From: an uncultured Gemmatimonadaceae bacterium
Lineage (GTDB): Bacteria > Gemmatimonadota > Gemmatimonadetes > Gemmatimonadales > Gemmatimonadaceae
Assembly: GCA_963740355.1 (NCBI GenBank)
Contig: CAVUDW010000002.1
Span: 1,024,001-1,088,000, forward strand
Length of the DNA: 64,000 nt
Direction of reading: 5' to 3'
The translations under genes were made by a program, and so were the position numbers. The notes beneath the pieces are model-generated. The model made no database searches. It was not told the origin of the DNA and saw nothing but the letters and a program-made list of their open reading frames with translations. Position 1 is the stretch's first letter, and every line of letters starts with the position of its first letter. Shown one piece after another: positions 37,758 to 48,574 of the stretch.

Positions 37758-40229
37758 TCAGTGTGGGTGCACCGGCGCACGACGTCCGCCACGCTCGCGG
37801 CGCGGTTGAACGGTGGCAGGTGGTACGGGGTGACCGGCAGGTGGCGGCGGCCCGACGACCGTCAGCGGCACGCTGGGCGTGCGCAGGCCGAGGGCCAGCA
37901 CCTCATCCATGCTGCCGACGAAATGGAAGGTGATCGCGTCCTTCACTTCCTGCGGCACGTCATCGAGGTCGCGTTCGTTCGCCTTCGGCAGGAGCACGTG
38001 GCTGATGCCGGCACGGTGCGCGCCGACGGCCTTTTCCTTCACGCCACCGATCGGCAGCACACGTCCACGCAGCGTGATCTCACCCGTCATCGCGACATCG
38101 CCGCGCACTGGTGTACCCGTCAGCGCGCTGACCACCGCCGTGGCGATCGCGATCCCCGCACTCGGGCCATCCTTCGGTGTCGCGCCGGCCGGAATGTGGA
38201 TGTGAATGTCCTTTGTTTTGTAGAACTCCGGCGCGATGCCAAGCTGCACAGCGCGCTGGCGCGCATAACTCATCGCGGCCGACGCCGACTCCTTCATCAC
38301 GTCACCGAGCGTGCCGGTGAGTTGCAGGCGTCCTCGGCCATCGACGACACTGACTTCGATCTCGAGCGTCTCGCCACCGACCGTGGTGTAGGCGAGGCCA
38401 GTGGCCACGCCCACCTTGTCTTCGAGCGACGTATCATCGGGATCGAACTGCATGGAGCCCAGCAGGGCCGTGAGCTCGGCGGTCTTCACGACCAGCGGCG
38501 CGCGACCCTTCTTGCTGTCCGGTTCCTCGGCGCGCTGCCGCGCCAACTTGCGAGCCACTCGTGCGAGGCGACGCTCGAAGTCGCGTACACCGGCCTCTCG
38601 TGTCCAGCCACGACAGATGGTGCGCAGTGCATCAGGCTCCCACGTCACTTCACTGGAATCGATCCCGACTGCCTTCAGCGTGCGTGGCACCAGGTACTGC
38701 CTCGCGATCGCGAGCTTTTCCTGGTCGAGGTAGCCCGTCAACCGAATGATCTCCATTCGGTCGCGCAGCGGCTCGGGAATGCCACTCAGCGAATTGGCTG
38801 TCGTGATGAACAGCACCTGGCTGAGATCGTAGTCGATCTCGAGGTAGTGATCATTGAACGCCGTGTTCTGCTCAGGGTCGAGCACTTCGAGCAGCGCTGC
38901 CGACGGATCGCCGCGGTAGTCCGAGCCGAGCTTGTCCACTTCGTCCAGCAGGAAGACTGGATTCACGCTCTCGGCGCGCCGCATGGCCTGGATGATCCGA
39001 CCAGGCATGGCACCGATGTAGGTGCGACGATGACCGCGAATTTCAGCCTCGTCGCGTACGCCGCCGAGTGACATGCGCACGAACTTGCGACCCAGCGCCC
39101 CCGCGATCGATCGGGCCAGCGAGGTCTTGCCGACACCCGGTGGGCCAACGAGGCAGAGAATCGGGCCATCCATCTTGCCGACCGACTTCAGCACGGCGAT
39201 GTAATCGAGAATGCGGTCCTTCACATCCTCGAGGCCGTAGTGATCCTCGTCCAGCACCTTCTTCGCGCTCGCGACATCGAGTGTGTCGTCGGTGCGGGTG
39301 TTCCATGGCAGCGCCAGCACCCAGTCGAGGAAGGTGCGGCTGACGGTCGCCTCAGGGCTGAGTGGCGCCATCTTGCGCAACTTGCGCACTTCGCGACGGG
39401 CACGTGTGAGGACGGCCTCCGGCAGCTTCGCGGCCACCAGTTGGGCGTCCAGCTCCTGCACCTCGTCGCCGTCTTCGTTGCCGAGTTCGCGATGAATCGC
39501 GCGCAGCTGTTCCTGCAGGTAGAACTCGCGCTGGTTCTGGAAGAGGGCGCCACGCACGTCGTCCTCGATCTTCCGCTCGAGGCGCAGCAGTTCCACCTCA
39601 CCCGCCAGCGTCATCGCCAACTGCTCGTACATGATGCCGAGCGTCGGTGCATCCAGCAGGCGCTGGCGCACATCGAGCTTCACGCTGAGGTGCGCTGCCA
39701 TCAGGCAGGCCTGCTGTTCGAACGACTCGGCGCCACCGATCAGTCGCACCACTTCATCCGGCAAGCGACGATGCAGCGCGACGTACTCTTCGAAGGTGGC
39801 CACGGCGCGACGCGTCTGGCGCTCTTCGTCCTCGCTCAGCGGCGTGGCATCGAGCGGATACGGCTGCACGTTGGCCTTCAGGTGCGAGCCGGCCATCGCG
39901 TAGCGCGTGACCTTGGCGCGTGCGAGCGACTCCACCAGGACACGTGTGGTGCCGTTCTGCAGGCGCGAGATCTGGAGGATGCGCGCGACGACGCCGACAC
40001 GATACAGGTCGGTGCTGCCGGGTTCTTCGGTGTCCGCGCGCTTCTGCGCGACGAGCAGCACCAGCGAGTCGTCCGCGGCTGCCGTATCGAGGGCGGCGAG
40101 GCTGGCGGCACGGCCGACCAGCAAGGGCATGACGACGTGAGGAAAGATGACCACGTCGCGCAGCGGTACTACGGGCAACCGCTCCGGCGTCTCGATCTTG
40201 TCCCCATCGCGCCGGAAGACCGGGCTCAG
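37758..40229 (-). CDS. lon: ATP-dependent Lon protease
   Basis: [35 protein letters not shown]; start either TTG 40178 or an upstream CTG at 40229. Confidence 0.96.
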   Translation of the reverse strand: MSPVFRRDGDKIETPERLPVVPLRDVVIFPHVVMPLLVGRAASLAALDTAAADDSLVLLVAQKRADTEEPGSTDLYRVGVVARILQISRLQNGTTRVLVESLARAKVTRYAMAGSHLKANVQPYPLDATPLSEDEERQTRRAVATFEEYVALHRRLPDEVVRLIGGAESFEQQACLMAAHLSVKLDVRQRLLDAPTLGIMYEQLAMTLAGEVELLRLERKIEDDVRGALFQNQREFYLQEQLRAIHRELGNEDGDEVQELDAQLVAAKLPEAVLTRARREVRKLRKMAPLSPEATVSRTFLDWVLALPWNTRTDDTLDVASAKKVLDEDHYGLEDVKDRILDYIAVLKSVGKMDGPILCLVGPPGVGKTSLARSIAGALGRKFVRMSLGGVRDEAEIRGHRRTYIGAMPGRIIQAMRRAESVNPVFLLDEVDKLGSDYRGDPSAALLEVLDPEQNTAFNDHYLEIDYDLSQVLFITTANSLSGIPEPLRDRMEIIRLTGYLDQEKLAIARQYLVPRTLKAVGIDSSEVTWEPDALRTICRGWTREAGVRDFERRLARVARKLARQRAEEPDSKKGRAPLVVKTAELTALLGSMQFDPDDTSLEDKVGVATGLAYTTVGGETLEIEVSVVDGRGRLQLTGTLGDVMKESASAAMSYARQRAVQLGIAPEFYKTKDIHIHIPAGATPKDGPSAGIAIATAVVSALTGTPVRGDVAMTGEITLRGRVLPIGGVKEKAVGAHRAGISHVLLPKANERDLDDVPQEVKDAITFHFVGSMDEVLALGLRTPSVPLTVVGPPPPAGHPVPPATVQPRRERGGRRAPVHPH

Positions 40230-40231
40230 GG

Positions 40232-41476
40232 CTATGCTTCCTTCTTGCGACGGGCGGGGGAGATCTCGAGGAGCGGCTGCGCACGACTGGTCACGCAGCT
40301 CTCGATCACGCGCACTTCGGTCACGTCTTCGCGACTCGGCAGGTCGAACATCACATCCATGAGGATTTCCTCGAGGATGGCGCGCAGGCCGCGCGCACCC
40401 GTGCCACGCTTGAGGGCCTTGGTGGCCACGGCGCGGAGGGCACTCTCCTCGAAGTCGAGCTTCACTTCCTCGAGCGCGAAGAGCTTCTGGTACTGCTTGA
40501 CGAGGGCGTTCTTCGGCTCGCGCAGGATCTGCACCAGCGCTTCCTCGTCGAGTGATTCCAGCGGCACCGCGACCGGCAGGCGACCCACCAACTCGGGGAT
40601 GATGCCGAAGCGCAGGAGGTCATCCGGCTCGACATCCGCGAACGGTTCCTTGGCGGTGCGCTCCAGCAGGGCCTTGTCGGCGCCGCCGAACCCGATCCGC
40701 TGCTTGCCGACACGCGCCTCGATGATCTTCTCGAGACCGTCGAAGGCGCCACCGCAGATGAACAGGATGTCCTTGGTGTTGATCTGGATGTATTCCTGCT
40801 GCGGGTGCTTGCGGCCACCCTGCGGCGGCACGCTGGCTACCGTCCCCTCGAGAATCTTGAGGAGCGCCTGCTGCACGCCCTCGCCGCTGACGTCGCGGGT
40901 GATGCTCGGGTTCTCGCTCTTGCGCGCGATCTTGTCGATTTCGTCGATGTAGACGATGCCGCGCTCGCATTCCTGCACGTTGAAGTCGCCAGCCTGCAGC
41001 AGGCGGACGAGGATGTTCTCGACATCCTCGCCGACGTAGCCGGCTTCGGTCAACGTGGTGGCATCGGCGATCGTGAACGGCACATCGAGGATCTTGGCCA
41101 GCGTCTGCGCGAGCAGCGTCTTGCCGACACCCGTGGGGCCGATCATGAGGATGTTCGACTTCTCGAGCTCGACATCCTCGTCGCGTGACGCACCAAGGTT
41201 GATGCGCTTGTAGTGGTTGTAGACCGCCACCGACAACGCCTTCTTGGCCCGCTCCTGCCCGATGACGTACTGATCGAGGATGTCCTTGATCTCTTGCGGA
41301 GTCGGGACCTGCGTGATCGCTTCCGCGACCTCGCGTTCCTCATCCTCGGCGAGGATCTCATTGCAGAGCGCAATGCATTCGTTGCAGATGTACACGGACG
41401 GGCCGGAAATGAATTTCCGGACAGCGTCCTTGGACTTTCCGCAGAACGAACAGCGCAGATGCTTGTCGTGCGACAT
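40232..41476 (-). CDS. clpX: Clp protease ATP-binding subunit
   Basis: CSFCGK zinc finger, [25 protein letters not shown] loop. Confidence 0.98.
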   Translation of the reverse strand: MSHDKHLRCSFCGKSKDAVRKFISGPSVYICNECIALCNEILAEDEEREVAEAITQVPTPQEIKDILDQYVIGQERAKKALSVAVYNHYKRINLGASRDEDVELEKSNILMIGPTGVGKTLLAQTLAKILDVPFTIADATTLTEAGYVGEDVENILVRLLQAGDFNVQECERGIVYIDEIDKIARKSENPSITRDVSGEGVQQALLKILEGTVASVPPQGGRKHPQQEYIQINTKDILFICGGAFDGLEKIIEARVGKQRIGFGGADKALLERTAKEPFADVEPDDLLRFGIIPELVGRLPVAVPLESLDEEALVQILREPKNALVKQYQKLFALEEVKLDFEESALRAVATKALKRGTGARGLRAILEEILMDVMFDLPSREDVTEVRVIESCVTSRAQPLLEISPARRKKEA

Positions 41477-41673
41477 TCGCGACCCGGCAGAAAACACGGC
41501 AAGCCCCCCGTATGGGGACTCGTCCACCCTTCGAAGCTACAACTCGGGCAGGGGATCGCAATGCAAGATCCCACCTCCCGCAGATGGCAAAGGGCTGCAC
41601 CGCGTGAGCTGCAGCCCCAGCCAAGTATCGGCACGACAACCGTTTACCGGTATCGTGCCGCCCTCCACGCCGA

Positions 41674-42309
41674 TCAGCCAGCCGCGATCACAGCCGGCTT
41701 CGTGTCGACCGCAAGCTCGCTGCGGCTGGTCACGATGTTGTCGATGATGCCGTAATCCAGCGCTTCCTGGGCACTCATGAAGCGGTCACGGTCGGTATCA
41801 CGTTCGATGACCTCCACCGGCTTGCCGGTGTGCTTGGCCATCAGTTCGTTCATCTTGCCCTTCAGGTACAGAATTTCGCGCGCCTGAATCTCGATGTCCG
41901 AGGCCGTGCCACCGCCGCCGTTCTGGCTCGGCTGGTGGATCATGATGCGGCTGTGCGGCAGGGCGGAGCGCTTGCCCTTGCGACCGGCGCTGAGCATGAA
42001 GGCGCCCATGCTGGCGGCCATGCCCATGCAGATCGTGTTCACCGGCGCCGACATGAAGTTCATCGTGTCGTAGATCGCGAGGCCCGCCGAGATGCTGCCA
42101 CCGGGCGAGTTGATGTACAAGCTGATGTCGCGATCCGCATTGTCCGCCTGCAGAAACAGCAGCTGGGCAATGATGACGTTGGCCACGTCGTCATTGATCG
42201 GCGTGCCGAGGAAGATGATCCGGTCCATCAACAGCCGCGAGAAGACGTCATACGACCGCTCGCCGCGGCTGGACCGTTCGATCACGTACGGAGCGTAAAT
42301 GCTGGCCAT
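41674..42309 (-). CDS. clpP: Clp protease proteolytic subunit
   Basis: YINSPGG, AASMGA, IMIHQP, DRDRFM. Confidence 0.98.
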   Translation of the reverse strand: MASIYAPYVIERSSRGERSYDVFSRLLMDRIIFLGTPINDDVANVIIAQLLFLQADNADRDISLYINSPGGSISAGLAIYDTMNFMSAPVNTICMGMAASMGAFMLSAGRKGKRSALPHSRIMIHQPSQNGGGGTASDIEIQAREILYLKGKMNELMAKHTGKPVEVIERDTDRDRFMSAQEALDYGIIDNIVTSRSELAVDTKPAVIAAG

Positions 42310-42371
42310 GGTTCGGGCTTCCTGCTGAGGTTATGGCACCGGGGCGAACCCCGATGAGAACTCCTGCTGCT

Positions 42372-43619
42372 CTACGCTACCTGATTCACCGTGTTCCGTG
42401 CAATCAGCCAACCGAACACCTTCTCGTCGGTGAGACTGCGCTCCAGCTCCTTGAGCCGGCCCGCCTTCTCGAGCTGGACGTAGAGACTCCCAGTCTCGAC
42501 ACCTCGCTCGGCGGCCATCTCGGCCACCTTGTCGTCCACATCCGACGTGGTCGCCGCCAATCCTTCCTTCTCCGCAATCGTGTCGATCACGACATCGCGG
42601 CGGACCTGACGCTCGGCCATCGGACGGAACTCACCGGCGAACCGGTCCTGCATCCCCTCTGGCACCTGATACATCTGCATGTACGCACCCATCACCTGCT
42701 GCACCCAGGCGTTGGGGATCTCGAACGGGTTGGCCGCGATGACCTGATCGAGCAGCTGTTCGCGCACCGATGAGTCGGCTTCGCGCTTCACATGCTCGCC
42801 CATGTCCTTGCGGATGGCTTCGGTCAGCTTTTCGACGGTCTCGAAATCACCCAGCTCGCGGGCAAAGGCGTCATCGAGCGCCGGCAACGTCTTACGCTTC
42901 ACTTCGAGAAGGGTCACGCGGGTCAGCTTCGACTTGCCACGCTGCGCCTCATCGGGGAAGTCGTCCGGCCAGCGAACGGCACGCTCGACGGTCTCGCCCG
43001 GGGTGGCTTCCATGATCAGCTCCTCGATCCCAGCAATCGCCTGGCCCTTGCCAAGCTCGAGCGGGTACTCGCGCTGCTCCGGCATTTCGCCACCCTCCTC
43101 CTGCGACGCGATCTGGACCTTGACCTGGTCGCCCGGCTGCGGCTTGCCCTCGACCGGGGCCAGCGCGCCGCGCTGCTCCCGAAGGGTCTCGAGCTGCTCC
43201 TCGACCATCGCATCGGTGACGGCTTCCGACGGACGGGCCACTGTGAAGCCAGTGGTGGTCTCGATCACGATCTCGGGGCGGACCTCGAGATGGATGTCGA
43301 AGGTGACCGGCTCGCCGTCCTCGAACTTGAGGTCGTGGACGTGGGGCTGGGCGATCGGCTCCAGCTTCTCCTGATCGAGCGCCTGCTTCCAGGCATCCTG
43401 GACGAGGCTTTCCATCGCCTCTTCACGGATCTGGGCGGCGTAGGCCTTCTTGATCAGGTGGATCGGCGCCTTGCCCGGGCGGAAGCCCGGCATCCGGGCA
43501 GCGGAGGCATACCGCTTGACGGCCTTGTCTTCGGCGGCCTTGACGGTCTCGACGGACACGGTCACGCCGAGCAGGCGCTCAACGCCCTCGGCCTTCTTGA
43601 CGGCAATTTCAAACGACAT
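42372..43619 (-). CDS. tig: Trigger factor
   Basis: PGFRPGKAP signature and tig-clpP-clpX-lon-engB synteny. Confidence 0.95.
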   Translation of the reverse strand: MSFEIAVKKAEGVERLLGVTVSVETVKAAEDKAVKRYASAARMPGFRPGKAPIHLIKKAYAAQIREEAMESLVQDAWKQALDQEKLEPIAQPHVHDLKFEDGEPVTFDIHLEVRPEIVIETTTGFTVARPSEAVTDAMVEEQLETLREQRGALAPVEGKPQPGDQVKVQIASQEEGGEMPEQREYPLELGKGQAIAGIEELIMEATPGETVERAVRWPDDFPDEAQRGKSKLTRVTLLEVKRKTLPALDDAFARELGDFETVEKLTEAIRKDMGEHVKREADSSVREQLLDQVIAANPFEIPNAWVQQVMGAYMQMYQVPEGMQDRFAGEFRPMAERQVRRDVVIDTIAEKEGLAATTSDVDDKVAEMAAERGVETGSLYVQLEKAGRLKELERSLTDEKVFGWLIARNTVNQVA

Positions 43620-43809
43620 CGTCGGATCGGAATCGGGAGGAACGGGATCGCAGCCGAGCTACGGCGGTGCATCCGCACAAGCTAACCAGAGCTGGGGGCC
43701 TGCGCGCTGGTCAACCGGCTAGCGGCGCGAAGGGTGCCCGAGCCGCGACCGAGGCCGAGCGCGGTCGCCCAATACCGCCCCCATCGGTAACGATTCCCTA
43801 GATTGCAGG

Positions 43810-44313
43810 ATGCCTTACCCCTCGGAACTTCAGGATCCCGATCGTCATCCGACCCCTCGGGTGCCCGTGACGCCGCCCGCGATGCCTGGGCCAGGCGCGA
43901 CGACGACCGAATCGGCCCTCGCCTTTCCCACCTTCGGGCATCTCTTCCGGTTGATGGGCCGTGCGCTCCGATTGCGCTGCCCGAATTGCGGTGAGGGCAA
44001 GGTCGTGCGCCCGTGGGCGACGGTCCTGCCGAAGTGCAGTCACTGCGGCTTCCGCTTCACCCGCAGCAGCGACTCGTACTTCTCCGGGGCGATGCTGGCG
44101 AACCTGGCGGTTGCCGAAGGGCTGTTTGCGGTGGTATTTGGCGTGTCGATCATCGCGTCCTGGCCGAATGTGCCGTGGGACACGCTGACCTGGGCGATGC
44201 CGCTCGGCATCGCGCTCGCTCCCGCGTTGCTGCTGCCGTTTGCGAAGGTGGCATGGCTGACCTTCGATGTCGCGTTCCGACCGGTCACGCCGGAAGAGAT
44301 CGAGACGCCGTAG
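43810..44313 (+). CDS. DUF983-like small membrane protein
   Basis: RALRLRCPNCGEG...CSHCG zinc ribbon followed by two TM helices; start uncertain. Confidence 0.75.
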   Translation: MPYPSELQDPDRHPTPRVPVTPPAMPGPGATTTESALAFPTFGHLFRLMGRALRLRCPNCGEGKVVRPWATVLPKCSHCGFRFTRSSDSYFSGAMLANLAVAEGLFAVVFGVSIIASWPNVPWDTLTWAMPLGIALAPALLLPFAKVAWLTFDVAFRPVTPEEIETP

Positions 44314-44403
44314 GCCGTCGTTCTGCAGCGGTGGCAGGGTGGTGCAGGTGACGTCGGTGATGTGTTCGCCCGCAGGTCGCACGCCCGCCCTCCCGACGCC
44401 CTG

Positions 44404-45732
44404 ATGCTCACGTTCCTCGCATTCGGCATGGTCATCGTCTTCATGACGCTGATCATGACCAAGAAGATGGCGCCACTGACGGCACTGATCCTGGTGCCGA
44501 TCCTGTTCGGCGTCATTGGCGGCTTCGCGTCGGGGCTGGGCGCAATGATGCTGGCCGGTGTGACGAAGATCGCCCCCACCGGCATCATGCTGATGTTCGC
44601 GATTCTCTACTTCGCGATCATGATCGACGCCGGGTTGTTCGAGCCGGTGGTGACGGCTCTGGTCCGCGTGGTGGACGGTGATCCGGTGCGCGTGGTAGTG
44701 GGCACGGCGGTGCTGGCGTTGGTCGTGTCGCTGGATGGCGACGGCTCCACGACCTACATGATCACGGCCGCCGCGATGTTGCCGCTCTATCGCAAGATGG
44801 GCATCCGGCCATTGGTGCTGGCCTGTGTGACGATGATGGCGGGCGGGGTGATGAACATCCTGCCATGGGGTGGGCCGACCGCGCGTGCCGCGACTGCGCT
44901 GTCGCTCGATGCCTCGACACTCTTCGTGCCGATGATTCCATCGATGCTGGTCGCCGCCACCTGGGTGCTCTACGCCGCGTACCGCCTCGGTCTACGCGAG
45001 CGCACTCGCATTGCGGCTACTGGCGTCGTCAGCTTTTCCGATGAGACGGCACTCGACGACAACACAGCATTGATCGACACCCGTCGACCGAAGCTGCTGC
45101 CCGTCAATGCCGCTCTCACCGTCGCCCTGATGATTGCACTGCTGGCTGGTGTGTTACCACTCCCGGTGTTGTTCATGATTGCGTTTGCGATCGCCATCAT
45201 GATCAACTATCCGAGTGTGGCGGAGCAGAAGCACCTGCTCGCCACCCATGCCGGGAACGTGATGGCAGTGGCGTCGCTGATTTTCGCAGCGGGAATCTTC
45301 ACCGGTATCCTGTCCGGCACGAAGATGGTGGACGCGATGGCTGACAGCGTGGTGCACCTCATTCCACCGGCACTCGGCCCATACCTCGCGATCGTGACCG
45401 GAGTGCTCAGCATCCCGTTCACGTTCTTCGTGTCGAACGACGCCTTCTACTTCGGCATCCTGCCGATCCTGGCCAAGGCGGGGCAGGCGTACGGCATCAC
45501 CGCCGCTGAGATCGGACGGGCGTCTTTGATCGGCCAGCCCGTGCACCTGCTCAGCCCACTGGTGCCATCCACCTACCTGCTGGTTGGACTCGCCGGCGTC
45601 GACTTCGACGAACATCAGCGCTTCACGATCAAGTGGGCGCTCCTGACGGCGTTGGTCCTGCTCGGCACCGGGTTGCTCACGACGGTGATCCCAATCGTCG
45701 GACATCTCGTATCGACACCTATTTCGCGATGA
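44404..45732 (+). CDS. CitMHS-family citrate/metal:H+ symporter
   Basis: MIDAGLF, SLDGDGSTTY, PWGGPT, SNDAFYFGILP, HLLSPLV. Confidence 0.92.
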   Translation: MLTFLAFGMVIVFMTLIMTKKMAPLTALILVPILFGVIGGFASGLGAMMLAGVTKIAPTGIMLMFAILYFAIMIDAGLFEPVVTALVRVVDGDPVRVVVGTAVLALVVSLDGDGSTTYMITAAAMLPLYRKMGIRPLVLACVTMMAGGVMNILPWGGPTARAATALSLDASTLFVPMIPSMLVAATWVLYAAYRLGLRERTRIAATGVVSFSDETALDDNTALIDTRRPKLLPVNAALTVALMIALLAGVLPLPVLFMIAFAIAIMINYPSVAEQKHLLATHAGNVMAVASLIFAAGIFTGILSGTKMVDAMADSVVHLIPPALGPYLAIVTGVLSIPFTFFVSNDAFYFGILPILAKAGQAYGITAAEIGRASLIGQPVHLLSPLVPSTYLLVGLAGVDFDEHQRFTIKWALLTALVLLGTGLLTTVIPIVGHLVSTPISR

Positions 45733-47615
45733 TCATGAGAGCTTCGCACCGATCAGTCCTGATCGCGCTGTCGTGCGCGGTGGCAAGCGTCTCGATGGCC
45801 GCGCCGCTCGCAGCGCAAGCCGCCGCACCGTACGAGATGGTGCTGGCTGAGCACAACCTGATGATCCCGATGCGCGATGGCGTGAAGATGGCCACCGACA
45901 TCTATCGGCCATCACGCAATGGCGTGCCGATCGAAGGTCGATTGCCGCTGTTGCTCAACCGCACACCGTATGACAAGGGATCCCTCGCGACGCAGGCTGA
46001 GACCTTTGCGAAGCACGGCTATGTGGTGGCGGTGCAGGACCTGCGCGGCCGCTACGCCTCGGAAGGGAAGTTCCTCAAGGTGCAGCCGGCTGATGCCACC
46101 GACGGGTACGACACCGTCGAGTGGCTCGCGAAGCAGCCGTGGTCGAACGGCAAGGTCGGCATGTGGGGACAATCGTTTGCGGCGCACGCACAAGCCGGGG
46201 CGGCACAGCTCAATCCACCGCATCTCTCGACGCTCGTGATCAACATGGGTGGCATGTCGAACGCCTGGGATCATGGCGTGCGATATCGCGGCACGTACGA
46301 GATGGGACGCCAGCTGACATGGGCCTGGAGTCAGTTGCTGGCCGATGCGCCGAATCCTGCGGTCAAGGCGCTGCTGACGAAGGAGAAGGTCGAGGATTGG
46401 TACAACGTCCAGCCGATGCGCCGCGGACTCAATCCGCTTTCCGTCGCACCGCTCTACGAAGGTTGGTATCTCGACTTCTTCGAGCACGCCGACTACGACG
46501 CGTTCTGGAAGGATCCGATGGTGAACTGGGAGGAGCACTACGCACAGACGTCGAACATCCCGATGATCCACATCGGCGGCTGGTACGACATCTTCCTCGC
46601 CGGCACCTTCAAGAACTTCGTCGAGCTGGGCAAGCTGAAGTCGCAGCCGCAGCGGCTGCTGGTGGGGCCATGGACACACAGTGGCAATGTGCGCCCGTAT
46701 GCGGGCGATGTGGCGTTCGGCACCGAGGCTGCGATCGCGGACTTCTACGGCGCGTTCCACCTGCGCTGGTTCGACCACTTCCTGAAGGGCGTCGCGACCG
46801 GCGTCGAGAATGATTCGCCGGTGCGCGTCTTCGTGATGGGCACCGGCGACGGCCACAAGGATACCGACGGTCGCCTCTTTCACGGCGGGTATTGGCGCGA
46901 TGCACCATCGTGGCCGCTGCCTGGCACACGTTTGGTACCGTACTACTTCCATGCCGATGGTTCGCTTAGCACCGCGCGTCCCGCGCCAGCGCGGTCATCC
47001 ACGACCTACACCTTCGATCCGCAGCACCCGGTGCCGACGCTCGGCGGTGGTTCGTCCGCTCGGCTGAAGGATGGCGCGTACGACCAACGCGAAGATCCAC
47101 GCTTCCCGCCGTCAGCCGCACCGTTCCTGCCGCTGCGGTCGCGCAATGATGTCGTTGTATTCCAGACCGAGCCGCTGACGGAAGACATGACGGTGATCGG
47201 GCCGATCAAGGTCGTACTGCACGCTTCGTCGTCACGGACTGACACCGACTTCACCGCAAAGTTGATCGATGTCTATCCGTCAAGCGATGCGTGGCCTGGT
47301 GGCTTCGACATGAACCTCACCGATGCCATCGTCCGCGGTCGGTATCGCGCCACGCGGGACCACGCCGTGATGCTGACGCCAGGCACGGTCTATCCGTTCA
47401 CGATCGAGCCGTTCCCGACAGCCAATGTGTTCAAGAAGGGCCATCGCATCCGCGTGGATATCTCCAGCAGCAACTTCCCGCGATTCGACGTGAACCCGAA
47501 CACCGGCGAACCGCTCGGTCGCAATCGCCGGATGGTGACCGCCGACAACACGATATTTCACAGCGCGCGCTACCCGTCACACATCATCCTGCCGCTTGCA
47601 CCAGCCAATCGGTGA
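45729..47615 (+). CDS. Secreted CocE/NonD-family serine hydrolase
   Basis: IPMRDGVKMATDIYRP, RTPY, QDLRGRYASEG, GQSF nucleophile elbow, GWYD, GPWTH, SSSNFPRF. Confidence 0.92.
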   Translation: MIMRASHRSVLIALSCAVASVSMAAPLAAQAAAPYEMVLAEHNLMIPMRDGVKMATDIYRPSRNGVPIEGRLPLLLNRTPYDKGSLATQAETFAKHGYVVAVQDLRGRYASEGKFLKVQPADATDGYDTVEWLAKQPWSNGKVGMWGQSFAAHAQAGAAQLNPPHLSTLVINMGGMSNAWDHGVRYRGTYEMGRQLTWAWSQLLADAPNPAVKALLTKEKVEDWYNVQPMRRGLNPLSVAPLYEGWYLDFFEHADYDAFWKDPMVNWEEHYAQTSNIPMIHIGGWYDIFLAGTFKNFVELGKLKSQPQRLLVGPWTHSGNVRPYAGDVAFGTEAAIADFYGAFHLRWFDHFLKGVATGVENDSPVRVFVMGTGDGHKDTDGRLFHGGYWRDAPSWPLPGTRLVPYYFHADGSLSTARPAPARSSTTYTFDPQHPVPTLGGGSSARLKDGAYDQREDPRFPPSAAPFLPLRSRNDVVVFQTEPLTEDMTVIGPIKVVLHASSSRTDTDFTAKLIDVYPSSDAWPGGFDMNLTDAIVRGRYRATRDHAVMLTPGTVYPFTIEPFPTANVFKKGHRIRVDISSSNFPRFDVNPNTGEPLGRNRRMVTADNTIFHSARYPSHIILPLAPANR

Positions 47616-47627
47616 GGTCCCGCAGGA

Positions 47628-48410
47628 TCAGAAGCGCAGTGAGAGGCAACTCAGGCCGCCGTCCATCTTGCGATACTCGCTCATGTCCAGCACCTCGAGC
47701 GTGTAACCCAGACCCCTGAGCATCGCGTCGAGCTTCGGCTGTCCCACTGACGTGAACACGACGTCGTTCACACGCACACAATTGGCGCCATACTCCTCGC
47801 CCGCCGGCACGCGCACGATGTCGAATCCGGCGAACGCCGGATGGCCTGCCAGATCGTCGATCAGCACCAGCCGCGTCGGGTCGATGGCCGCAATGCCGCT
47901 CTTGAGATGCAGGATGCTGTCGATCTCTCGAATGTCGACCGTCGATGCCGTATACCCGAACTTGGCCAGCCACGTCGTCAGTTGCTCTGCTCCCTCGTGG
48001 TTGGTGCGGTGCGAGATCCCGATGAACACATGGCTGCCAGCTTCGCAGACATCGCCAGCATCGAGCGTGCCGGTGGCGGTGATGCGCGCGATCGCCGGGA
48101 AGTAGTGGCCGAGCGCCGCTGCCATCGCGTCCACTTCACCGGCCCGACTGGCGGCACCAGGCCTCGTCAGGATTGCCCCCAACCCCGGGAGGATCAGCGC
48201 CGTGTCTTCCACGAAGGTGGAGTCGGGAAACCTCGCGTCAGCCGGCAGCGCGATCACCTCGCATCCGTGCCGCACCAGCGCCGCGCAGTACTCGGCGTGC
48301 TGCTCAAGCGCGAGGTCCACGTCGGGGACGCCGAGATCGACGGTCGTCAGCCCATCAGCGAAGTTGCGGGCGGGTGGGCGCACGATCGCGCGGGTGAATC
48401 GTGAGAACAT
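47628..48410 (-). CDS. Dimethylarginine dimethylaminohydrolase family amidinotransferase
   Basis: FPDSTFVED, SRAGE, DAGDV, RTN, HLKSG, GGLSCLSLRF. Confidence 0.9.
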   Translation of the reverse strand: MFSRFTRAIVRPPARNFADGLTTVDLGVPDVDLALEQHAEYCAALVRHGCEVIALPADARFPDSTFVEDTALILPGLGAILTRPGAASRAGEVDAMAAALGHYFPAIARITATGTLDAGDVCEAGSHVFIGISHRTNHEGAEQLTTWLAKFGYTASTVDIREIDSILHLKSGIAAIDPTRLVLIDDLAGHPAFAGFDIVRVPAGEEYGANCVRVNDVVFTSVGQPKLDAMLRGLGYTLEVLDMSEYRKMDGGLSCLSLRF

Positions 48411-48574
48411 GGCGTAGTGATCGGGGCCGCGGGCAGTTGGCTCGGGTCGGAAGGTGCCCGCTCGGGATTCAATCCCGCGGCGCCGTTCCCCGCAATGCCC
48501 CTCCGCACGCGGCGTGACGTGCGCGTACGTTGCGGCACGACGTCGCTACTCCAGCCAGCAACTCAGCCCACCTC

